64,000 nt of DNA. It comes from Antedon mediterranea (lineage: Eukaryota > Animalia > Echinodermata). Below are positions 1 to 11,256 of the stretch, in pieces (the stretch's first letter is position 1; the number at the start of each line of letters is the position of its first letter). The stretch covers positions 29,890,437 to 29,954,436 of the forward strand of contig NC_092672.1 in the NCBI RefSeq assembly GCF_964355755.1. The letters are read 5' to 3'. The notes beneath the pieces are model-generated. The model was given only the letters and a program-made list of their open reading frames with translations, was not told the origin of the DNA and ran no database searches. Both the position numbers and the translations under genes were made by a program.

Positions 1-200
1 TAAGTGGTTAGATAGGCCTAGTTTTTTTTTATAATAGGCCTTTTATTATTTCTTTGTTTAATTGCCCAATATAACGACACCAGCTTAAAGTTTTCGTCCT
101 GAATTATTTTTTTTGGATATACAAAGATGCAATGACTATTGATTTTCAGGAAAATCGAAATATTGGTGATGTCACAAAAGTGAAAAATGGAGTATCTGTA

Positions 201-2368
201 CAGTGGGAAAGCCACTTCGCGTTTTGACCGTTAAATCGTGTATAATCGACTTACTTCCGCATTGACGATTTTGAAGCGCCACCTATCGTTGAAAACTGAA
301 ACCACGATTTTTCGTCGCCTAGCAAATAAGTGCTGTTTTATTTTAAGCTCTCATGAATATTTAAGAACCGCCCAACATTACCTATTATGGTAAAAGCATT
401 TCCTAATAAGTATTATTGAATAACCAATCGGTTTCCTTCAAAGAAACCGAAGCTAATACAATACATTCGGCGACTGAAGTCGGGACTCGTGAAATTTATA
501 AATGTGGTACGATTTGACTACTGTTTTGTTGTCCATTTTCTGAATAGTCGGAGGTGCATCCCAACAAATTAAAAAAATTATAATCAATTGTTTTATCAAG
601 AATAATATTAGTTTAATCGAGTATGATATATTTCTATCCTGTTCAAAATTTGTTGGTGTATTCTCAGGCCTCGAAATGTAGGTACATTTTCTAGCTGTGA
701 GCGTGGTTTCGGCAACGCGAGACACGTGTGTCAGTATAGGCGATAGCGAGACGTGTGTTGTACTGTGTTGATGCTGATCCGATAGTCGTTAAGTTGTACT
801 GATTACGAGTATCATTGGTCCTGGCCGGCCTAGCCTGGTGATCTGATCCCCGCAAAAAAAATACTTTTTTCCAATCAGTATTAATATTATTATTTTGTTT
901 TTCATTTATTATTTGATTTATTAGGCTCAATAGATGCCTAGCAGGCTACTAGTACTAGTAGGCCTAGATTATATAAATAATAATAGTAAATACTGTAATT
1001 TAATTAATAAAATACAGCTTCCATTTGCCTTACTTTTATGTCATCATATAATATTATAATTATATATACAACCAGACATTAACATTTTTTTAAAAATAAT
1101 ATTTATTATTTTTTCTGACACTTTCAGGAATCGTTGTTGATGATGCAGAGTTTTTGTGACTTCAAACTGAGAGTGAAGTGGATAAAAAGATGACACCGGT
1201 ACCTACCGACATTGTCATACCCAAACTATAATTTAATTATTTAAAACAAAATGTTGAATTACAAATATATATGTATGTTGCAGAGGATTTAGATGAATTA
1301 CAATACAAATATTTATGTTGAATGCAAACCTACTACACTATACTCTGTAAATTATGTTATTGTCATGTGGTAGACCTTAAAAATTGAATATTTATTGTAT
1401 GTTAGGCCTATTTTATATTTTATTATTACTGTATTAGTTTAATATTACTATTATTATAATTTATATTATACAGTACTAGTTTGTACATGTTTTTACCAAA
1501 AAAAAATGAATAAATAATTTGTTATTCAATCTAATTGCTTGTTTGTTCATCAATAACAAAACAATTGTAAGCAAGTATATAACAGTTCTTGTTAGCCGCT
1601 TATTTCAGGTCATATTATTAATATTAGCTAGGCCCGACGCGCCCGATCACAATGTCACTAAGTGACTTTCCGCCCCTGGAACAATCGGTCGCTAATATGG
1701 CTAGGCCTCGGACTCGTATAAAAGCTATTATAATAGTTATGATAAATATTCCTCAAAATGTATACTGTGATAAATAAACAAGTAATAATATAAGTTGTAT
1801 TGGAATGTATTTATTTATATGAATTCTTATACGCGGACAATTATAAATATCGCGTATATCGTTCGATATAAATAAATTTATAAACACGATGACGATGTGT
1901 TTACAAAATGGTGGTTTCGCTAGTTTTCGATGGAACAAATAGTGGTACCTTTAGTTTGAATAGTCGGAGCTGCATCCCAACCACCGAATTTTGTATCTTA
2001 ATATCGTATTCTGTAGATTATTAATTTTTCTAACAGGGATTTTAAATTCAGGACTGTTCAATTTTTCTAAATATTTTATTTTAATGATTTTCTAGGGTAC
2101 AATTTCGAAAAAAAGACATTGGTTGATTTTGCCGTTAAATTATTACAGATTATCGTTTTGTTAAAATACATTTAATTTTACATGACAATATATTAAAACC
2201 ATTTATGAATTTATTTCACTAACAATATTTTTCCGATAATCAGCTAAATTTACAAATATTGTGTTTTTCCAACACTCTAAAATTTAGCAATTTTGAACTA
2301 AATTAGAAAAGTAGGGCGCCCTCTCCGAGTCGAAATTTGACACGATTTGTCGACTGGCTGTCCCACTG
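201..2368. mobile_element. Non-autonomous DNA transposon with CACAGTG/CAGTG bipartite TIRs (Transib/CMC-like; Tc1-like not excluded)
   Basis: Absent at the homologous intron-4 site of C and D (ATCTGTATCTTT). Left end CAGTGGGAAAGCCA, right end reverse complement CACAGTGGGACAGCCA; TGTA on both flanks; no long ORF. Confidence 0.85.
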
Positions 2369-2642
2369 TGTATCTTTAATATGGGATCGAAATATTAAAT
2401 AGCGCGCCCTCTATTGATCTCCCCTTTTGTCAAGCGCTTAACTTATCTTTGTATTAGGCCTACTTCTTTTTCAGTTTTAATAATTTTGTACGAAGCCAAT
2501 GTACAGAAACGAGAGTGGGAAAAGATTTTGCACTCTTACCATAATTTTATAACTTGATATAATAACTTTTAAATAAACACAGAAAACAGTTAATTTTTTG
2601 TTCATATGAACGTGGGTCATTTGATGTTCTCAATTTCTACTG

Positions 2643-3898
2643 AGCCTCAGTGTGCGACTCCAATCCAGGTCAGTCCATTGAACAAGACTTACTATTTAAA
2701 AGACATATCTGGCAATGGAAATTACTTAAGTGGATCACCTGATCTAGCATTTACTACTGGTATTTATGGCGAGCAAGATGAAGCAATATTGATAAACAAA
2801 GATATTGGTTCGCAAATAACATTACTCTATGGACACAAAGACCCGACCTTTACATTGGCTTTCTATGTTCTCATGAACGACGGTTCAAAAAAGGCCTTCG
2901 TTTATTCCGACTCATTTGAAATTATATTTGCGTTTCCTGTTGATCATATGTTTCATGTGTCAGAGGCAGCGGTTAATTACAACGTGTATGGTGAAGTTAT
3001 TCGTTGCAATGCCATGCGTTCTGAAGAGTGGACATTCTTTGCTCTTACATTCAACGGATTCGAAAGAAAAATACGACTTTGGCGAAACGGGGAGATTGCT
3101 TGTATGGCTGCTACGGAATTCTCAGAAATCAATTTTGGAAGCATTGTGTTTGGTTGCGACGAGAGTGTAATGAAGATGGCCAAGCTACAGGTTTACCGTG
3201 AGAGCCTTGATGAATATGAGATCAAAGAAGCGAGAGACCTGTAAAATGTTATTAGGAGTAAGAATTATTGTCTTTAGTAAATAGACATACACATCAGTTA
3301 ATGATTATGATTATCAATTGAAATAATTGTAATCATCACCATATTCACTATCAGTGTCATCATCATCATCATCATCATCATCATAATAAATGTATTCATT
3401 TTATTTATTGTTTTGTTATCGTTATTATCAACATATATATTCATTGTATTCTTGTTGTTTCTGGTGTTTGAGTCATAACTCCTTTTATGCATATTTTTTT
3501 ATCCTTTCTAAAATTAGTACTATAGTTTATAGTAAGGTATTTTCTAATAACAATGCTGTTTTTACTGTCGCCTTTGTCTTTTTTTTCGGACTTAGAAGTA
3601 ATATACATTTTTATTATTTTGCAGGTGATGAATGCTCGAAACCAAACCTTTTCCACGTCCACGTTTCCACAACTGGAAATGCGCCACCATCGGTTATAAG
3701 CCATTCTTCTACACACTCGGAGGTCTTCTGAGTATTGAGATGTCGCAGAAACATAAATTGTTTTGGAATTATTTATAATCATGAAACACAAAGCTGTGAA
3801 GAATTTAACGGAAATAATTTGTCAAATATTGAGAGAGATTTAATTAGAAAAAATTAAAAAAGTACTACGTAGCAGTCCGGCAAAACTGTTGTAATTGA
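2643..3898 (+). pseudogene. Copy A, 3' part (exons 5-6; exons 1-4 lie before the window)
   Basis: Exon-5 acceptor mutated AG->TG (2641-2642), TAA at 3242-3244; exon 6 starts at 3625 with TGA at 3729-3731. Window position 1 lies inside the exon-4 donor. Confidence 0.85.
3356..3384. repeat. (ATC)n microsatellite in intron 5 (also ~14695, 40332, 55436, 62425)
   Basis: Visible TCA/ATC runs; they cause the spurious poly-Met ORFs. Confidence 0.9.
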
Positions 3899-4082
3899 TT
3901 AATACTGGAAATAAAAAAGTCAATACAATAAAGTAGAAAGTTAAAAACAAAATAATACTAATAAAACAAATAATAAAGCAATGATTTAACATTTTTTAAA
4001 TGTTGTAAAAAGAAACAAAGAACAATGTTTTGATTTTCATCTTTTCTATAACAAGAATATTCATGTTAGTGAGTAAACAATT

Positions 4083-4199
4083 TTTACATAATTAGGTAAA
4101 ATGTTTACATAATTAGGTAAAACTGTTTACATAATTTGGTAAAAATGTTTACATAATTAGGTAAAAATGTTTACATAATTAGGTAAAAATGTTTACATA
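4083..4199. repeat. 21-22-bp minisatellite TTTACATAATTAGGTAAAAATG, ~5.5 units (also ~41059-41177, ~63141-63218)
   Basis: Direct tandem units without spacers; unit number differs between paralogous flanks. Confidence 0.85.
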
Positions 4200-5689
4200 T
4201 TATTATAAAGTTAAATTGTTTACATATTATTAGTTAAAGTTTAGGTAGGCTTACGTTCACATCATTAGATAAAACAAAAGTTTACCTTTATTAGGTAAAA
4301 ACAAAAAAAGAACATGTTACCTTATTTATTAAGTAGAAAAGGTTTACATTTGTTACTATGTTTTAAGAAATTGCATGATATTTTTGCCTAGACTGTTCGA
4401 TTCACAATATCGCGTTAAAACTTGCTCTTTTGTGTTTCAACTTTGATCAACTTTATTCTGTTTTGAATTTTGTTGTAGAATATAATATTAACTAAATGTA
4501 ATAAAAAAAAATAGTAAATACGTCATTATTGAGAGGCTGTAGTACTACGTAGCAGTTCGGTAAACTAATTGCAAGTTTAAAATTGTGATTTAGGCCCACT
4601 ATTACCGAAAATAGAGTAAAAGGCTACATGGCTTTCTCCCTCCCTAAAATGTATTGTGCAAAAAAGACTTGGTAATTTCATTTACTATTTTAAAATATTT
4701 TCGAATGCGGAAGCATTGATACAAATCAAAATTGACTTGGAAAATTAAACATCACAGATCGCTTTATATTACCGATACCGATTTAATATTTGGGATGATT
4801 TAACATTTGGGAGAGGAGAAAATTTGTCAAAAGATTATTAAATTAAATTATTAAAATTATTAAAATATGTTCTTGCTCAGACAATTATCTTTTGATAACG
4901 TCATCACGTCTACAAATTTGATTGACCTTGGTAACGTAATGTCACGTGTATTTTGTATAGAAATATTATATTATTATGAATGGTTTATTATTCTACGTGT
5001 CATTCAAAGTATATTGCGCCCCCTTTTGCTCTTATAGCTGAATTGTATTATCATCAGACAAATAAAATTAAAAAAAACATAACCTGACTTGGCATAAAGA
5101 AGTATGGTAAAATGAATTGTATTATGCTGAACTCTATAACTAAATAAAGTTTAAAATAAAACTAATAAAAATAGAAGAAGACATAATAAAATAAAATGAT
5201 AATAATAAATAAATAATAAAACAATTAAAATACATATATAGATATATATATATTTATAAACACATCAGGCACAGAAAAAGAAATAACAATAAAAATAAAG
5301 GAATCAAAATAAAAGAAACATGAGACAGACAGCAAATATTTCATGACAGTTTTAAAGAAAGGAAGTTGTTCATGTTAATTCTGACTAAATGAAATGTTCA
5401 GTAAATGTATTCAGTAAACACATTTAAAGTCATTAATTTAAACAATTAGTATTGGCAGATAAATGTGATATTTAATGTTGTATATTGTTTGTTATTGCAT
5501 TAAATTAGATATATATTGTACCACGGTAGAGCTTTAACGTTAACATTTCTATTCTATCATTCACAATTTATCAAACATTATCTAGTAAATTGATGTAAGA
5601 GTTTGCAAATGACAGTTGTTAGCTGATAGATAAAATAATTAACTAAATAGCCTACAAATAACAACAATATTATAAATCAATCATTTATG

Positions 5690-5945
5690 TTGACGGTAGA
5701 TACCTTTTGGAATAGTCTACCTGTCGACATAAACATGCTAATACCAGGGAGTTGTTATCTAATACAACCACCATTATTTGAATAGCTTTTAAAAAACTCA
5801 TCTTTTCAACAAATATTTTCACCCTCGATAATCATATATCATGTGACCCGTCACTCTCATTGTTTTTTAATTGCTATTTATTTTATTTATTTCATGGATT
5901 ACTTTTAATTGTATGTGAAGCGCATAATAGGCTTTATCAAGAATG
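5690..5945 (+). mobile_element. L2/CR1-like LINE 3' remnant (duplicate at ~42665-42920)
   Basis: WNSLPVDI..SF.K..HLF-like coding remnant; absent from the B/C/D flanks; boundaries approximate. Confidence 0.55.
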
Positions 5946-6213
5946 AAATATTAGCAAAAGTCATGTGATTACAGTGACCAATCAAAATGTAGAAAGCCGA
6001 GTAAGCACGATTTCTTTGACTTTAAATATATAAATTGCTGAAACTTTTATTCGTTAAAAAGTCCACAATTCGGGAATTGTTGAGAATCTATTTATATGGA
6101 CAATTTTTTCCGTAAATAAAGGTACCATACCAGGTTAATATAATTTTATCACCGACATTGTATTTGTCACTATCGTATTCTAACTTAAATCCTAAACTCT
6201 AAATATTATACAG

Positions 6214-6423
6214 GTGATGAATGCCCGAAACCAAACCTTTTTCACGTTAAGCCAACTGGAACTGCGCCACCATCGGTTATAAGCCGTTTTTCTACACACT
6301 CAGTGGTCTTCTGCGCATTAGAGATGTCGCAGAAACATAAATTGTTTCGGAATTATTTTTAATCACGAAACAAAAAGCCGTGAAGAATTTAACGGAAATA
6401 AAACTGAACCAGATTTAATTCGT
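6214..6423 (+). pseudogene. Orphan diverged PAN-domain exon (exon-6 paralog)
   Basis: tacag|GTGATGAATGCCCG acceptor, DECPKPNLFHV..., 6-nt deletion and +1 frameshift near 6320. Confidence 0.8.
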
Positions 6424-7127
6424 CGTGTTTAAATTATTGTGTTTCTTTTTATTTGTTTAATAGTTACGTTACCTTTATCTATTATTGTTATATTATGTTT
6501 GTGTTGAAATGAGTACTACGTCCGGTAAAACTGTTGTTGTTGTAATTGAATAATGCTGGAAATAAAAAAGTCAATACAATAAAGTAGAAAGAGAAAAAGA
6601 AAATAATACTAATAGAACAAATAATAAAGCAATGATTCAACATTTTTTAAATGTTGTAAAACGAAACAAAGACAATGTTTTTCTTTTCATCTTTTTTATA
6701 ACAAGAATATTCATTTTAGTGAGTAAAAAATTTTTACATAATTAGGTAAAAATGTTTATAAAATTATTATCATTATAAAGTTAAATTGCTTACATATTAT
6801 TAGTTAAAGTTTAAGTTGACTTAGGTTTACATCATTAGGTAAAACAAACGTTTATTAAGTAGAAAACATTTACATTTTTTACTATTTTAAGAAATTACAT
6901 TATATTTTCGCCTAGAATGTTCGATTCACAAGGTCACGATAGAACTTGCGCTAGTGTGTTTCAACTTTATTCTGTTTTGAACTCGTCTATTGCAGAATAT
7001 AATATTAACTAAACTTAATGAAAATATAGAAAATACGTCATTATTGATAGGCTGTAGCTAATTAGACTACAAAAATCCATCGAGATCAATGGCCATTTTT
7101 TAAATGTAGAGAAGTCTTATGCGTTGC

Positions 7128-7135
7128 TGACGTCA
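7128..7135. promoter_or_regulatory. CRE-like palindrome TGACGTCA ~320 bp upstream of the ATG (copies B, D 24150, F 44103)
   Basis: Motif match only; C and G have TGAGGTCA at the homologous position. Confidence 0.25.
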
Positions 7136-9249
7136 AAAAGAAATAAATAGTTAATTAATCTTGATTCATTACTACCGGTAATCTATAGTTTGGCCTAAAA
7201 TATTAACAATTTTTACATTTTATGGTCAAGTTTTGTTCACTATAAATTTTAATTATCTCTTATCTTTTTTAACACATCATGCATTCACACGTTTGTATTG
7301 TGCTACATTTTTTGAATATGTATGCAAGCGTAGTAAGATTACAATCTAAGTTTATTAACAGAAAGAAAGTAACAAACATACATACTTCGGAAGTAGATGT
7401 TCAAGTAACAAGTCAATCCGTTTTACAAGAGAAAAAACCTAATCGAACTCATGATGTATTTGTTTATTTGTTTTTGTTTTCTTTTCAACTTTTTGAATTC
7501 TCATGCGGGTGAGTTGATTCTTATTTTTTTCTTCAAACAGGTAGTACTAATATAAACATTTTGTAATGCTATGATAGGCCAACTTGATATGTATTCTTAC
7601 ATCTTCAGATTGGTGTTTTATGCATTTCAGTAAAAAAGAAACTTTTGCTAAAATGCATTTAAACATAGTAAACATATATTTAAAAACAACTAATTCATAA
7701 AAACATTCCAAATTTAATTACAATATTTATGAGAATAGTAAAATGTATTTAAAACACTAATTCATATAGAAAAAATATAATGTAATATTTATGAGAATAT
7801 TTATTTTCGTGTGTTTAAAAAATGTATGTAAATATTATGATATTTGCACTTTTCTGCTTTAAAATTTAATGAATATAGTTCTTTGAAAGAGAATAAAAAA
7901 AAAACGGTCTACATAATTTTAGATTCTTTTCTTTATTAAAGTACATTTTTCTTAAACAATTTTTAATAAACGTATTTGAAAGAAATATAAAACTAATAAT
8001 AAATTTAAGATAGAATAGAATTATGGGTACTTTTTAAAGAATCATCATTTATAACCAATTAAATAAAAATAGTAGATTTCTTAATAAAGTATATAAGTGT
8101 TTGATTCCTTATACTTATACCTATCTCATATATGTACTATAATGCATAGCTCGTTGACAAATCTACATTTTGTAATAAAATAAAATTGTATTTCAGCACT
8201 CATATCTTATGGAAAGCCAGCAACATCATTGTCTGTATATCAAAGTTTTCTACCTGTATATTCGACTGACGGGAAGGAAATAGAACCAGACTGTTTCCAT
8301 TCAGGTGATATACTGTCTAGGCCACCGTAATCTAAAATAGATAATTATGTACAGCGATCCATTATACCATGGAGAAATAAGTTATATTTCTCCATCCATG
8401 GTTATATACGAGATTCGCATGGGTTATAGTCCAGTCCCTAAGGGGAAATGATGTTACCATAGTGGATACAAGTGTGCCCTTTGGCATGTTGATAGAACAT
8501 GATATGGAGATACCAAAACAAAGTTACTGGAAATCTGATTTGACCTCTGTGACCTCTGACCTCAATTTTTATATTTCTATCTTAAACAGCCATATCTCCG
8601 CAACGGGTTTGACAATTGAAATGATATTGGTGTCAAATAGATCAGAGGGTACATATTTATATTCGCTCTAATAGAACTTTTTTCAAAAAAACGACCGGAA
8701 ATGTAATTTCTCAATGTTTTGACCTTTGACCTCGGCTTACTATATCTCAATAACTACTGGTCAAAATTTCTTGAAATTTGTTTCAAATTGTTAAGAGCAT
8801 ACATATTTATATATACTCTAATTAAACATGTTCTTCCAAATCCACAGGAAATGTAATTTACTGACCTTTGACCTTTAATGTTTAAATATGTCTGTATCTC
8901 TGTAACCAAATGTCATAAAAAGTTCAACTTGGTGTCAAAATGTTCAAAATGTAAACATTTATATTAGCTCTAATAGAAGATGTTATCATATTTTTACTGG
9001 AAATGCCAGTTTGAGGTATGACCAGGATATACTGTTAAGCGTGCGTGTGTCATACTTATAATAATATACCTAACATATAGATTTAATGGACCAGAACTAC
9101 ATTCAATATCCTATTTAGCCTTTTAAAATTTTTTTAAAACTTAATGTTTAATTTAATTTAAATATATAATTCCATCGCATGGTAGGCCTACACCGTAAGA
9201 GCAACACTTAATATCAACAAAAAATTAGATATTAAACTTAAAAGTTAAA

Positions 9250-10590
9250 TAACAATAAAAAAAAAAAAGAAAATCAGGATCTTAAAGAAAGAAAAGAAGA
9301 ATTAACCAATGCGATTTGATACTCATAAAACATATGACCTAATTATCAATTAATTGCTTGAAGTATGCTGAAAAAATAAAATGTTTGAAACAGTAAGGAA
9401 AAAGCGAAGAAAAGAAAAACATATGTTTAAAATATTAGAAATCTGAAAAGGATCAAAGACAAATTAATTACAAAGTTGATTTCTTTTCAAGAACATACTG
9501 TAGTGGAATATAAAAGGAAAACAAACCAGTGAGCAGTCAAAATTACCATCTTGGCTTGATGAGGCAATAACACATCCAGCTCATAACACTAACAAAATCT
9601 TTGAAACCAGAAGAAATTAAGAGAAGCAATGATAATGTAACTTTAATCCACAAAAACATGACAAAACTAACATCAACCATTACCGACCAAACGAACATTA
9701 TCACATGTACACAAATAATTTACAAAAGTAATCAAAAAACAAAATCAGAGACCGACTAGAAGTAAATAAACCAATATATAAGGCTTTATACAGTAGGACC
9801 ATCTTATACAGTTTGTCAATCAACTAAAATAAAAAGGAAATTAATATCACCAAATCTTTGATTTAGAGATTATCAGAAAGCATTTGACTCAATAAAACAG
9901 GCATTACCATATTAGAGGGAAATATTATACCTCAACAAATATTGATTACGATCGTTCAAAGAGAAGTTAAGGAAGATTAGTAAGACAAGGCGACACTTAA
10001 AGATGTATTGTCCCTTTGACTAATTCCAAAAAAATAAAAAATAAAAGATTTCGAAAAAAGGTGGGTCATTTTGAAGTATCATAATAGTTATGAACTATCA
10101 CCAAAAATTTTTCGAAACAATTTTTTTTTAAACTGAAATACAGACGTTTTTTGGTTACAAAAATTACTTTGACTTCCAGTCAAAGTTTTCAATCAAAACA
10201 TATCCCACAATGCAACGCACTTGTTTGGCTACTCTGTATGCATAATCATAAAACTTCCTCAGGATCTGTGTGAAAATACCTTCTTAACCGTGACGAGTTG
10301 TAAAAAATCCTAATTTAGCATATGCATAATGCGTACTCATGGTTTGAAATCTTTGTTTACTTTCGCTCGTGACGATTTTCCAGATGAAATGTAATCAAAC
10401 TAATTTACCTGTTAATTACGTAAACTTGTTGTTTTGGCTTAAATTTTCGACTTAAAGTGAATAACTTTAATATTACTTTGATATGGCCACTTTAAATTTA
10501 GAATATTTTGACCTTCATTTTTTTGTGTTTCAAGGGACAATACATCTTTAAGATCTTCACTGCATTGGAAGAGGTGTTTAATCAAAGAGC
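9250..10590 (+). mobile_element. Degenerate RTE-like LINE reverse transcriptase remnant, split by the MITE
   Basis: DYQKAFDSIK at 9868-9897, VRQGD at 9980-9994, KIFTA.LEEVF-like sequence resuming after 10550; boundaries approximate. Confidence 0.6.
10001..10547. mobile_element. Kolobok-like MITE nested in the Academ-like element
   Basis: 16-bp TIR AGATGTATTGTCCCTT with TTAA on both sides (9997-10000, 10548-10551). Confidence 0.8.
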
Positions 10591-10998
10591 TAATCTAAAA
10601 AATAGAGTAAATATCACTTTAAAGACAAAATAAACAGTTAATTTAACCAAAATCACAAAGACTTCCAGCCTATTTTTTGCTTTGAATTACAGTTTTTTTC
10701 AATCCAATTTTTGGTGAAACTATTATGTGTGACATTAAAATTGCATATTCAACAAAAATATTTGTCAACATTACTTTTGTCAGGGGGAAAATAAGTATAT
10801 CTTTAATAGCATGTGATATTATTAGCAAATATTTCAAATGTAGTTTTAAAACTTTCCCATTACAAACAATTGCCATAATTCTGATAACATTACAATACAC
10901 CCATCCTCTGGGACTTATTTTCAAATGTAGCTAAAAACTTTCCAGTACAATTCCGGTCATTTTGATGTGTATAGATGCATGCAGTAGCATTGGAAAAG

Positions 10999-11256
10999 CG
11001 AGAGAGGGGGAGGTGGTTGGGGTGATGGAGAGACACATATTTTTTACATGTTTGTCTACACTATAAACTAGTTTAACAAAAAAGGTGTGATATGCCCAAA
11101 TATGGTAGTGATATGTCATTCATCGTGTCCATATATGGGCACATCACATTTTTTTGTCGCATAAAAATGTTATAGTGTAGACAGAGTTTAACATTTGTGT
11201 AACATGTAACAAAAATATGTGTCTCTCCATCCACCCCAACCCCCTCCCCTCTCTCG
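10999..11256. repeat. ~260-bp hairpin MITE-like palindrome
   Basis: CGAGAGAGGGGGAGG..GGAGAGACACATATTTTT pairs with AAAAATATGTGTCTCTCC..CCCCTCTCTCG; inner GTCTACACTATAA / TTATAGTGTAGAC also pair. Confidence 0.75.

Noticed and set aside
2606-3244. Stand-alone single-exon ~200-220 aa genes (also 14015, 20742, 27384, 39581, 54757)
   Set aside because: These ORFs are exon 5 plus intron read-through; splice sites and upstream exons explain them.
3298-3492. Poly-Met and hydrophobic minus-strand ORFs (also 22439-22789, 29128-29433, 40273-40470, 62366-62557)
   Set aside because: They come from (ATC)n and A-rich low-complexity DNA, and their frames are not conserved among paralogs.
4083-4199. CRISPR-like array
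   Set aside because: Units are contiguous with no unique spacers, there are no cas genes, and the context is eukaryotic.
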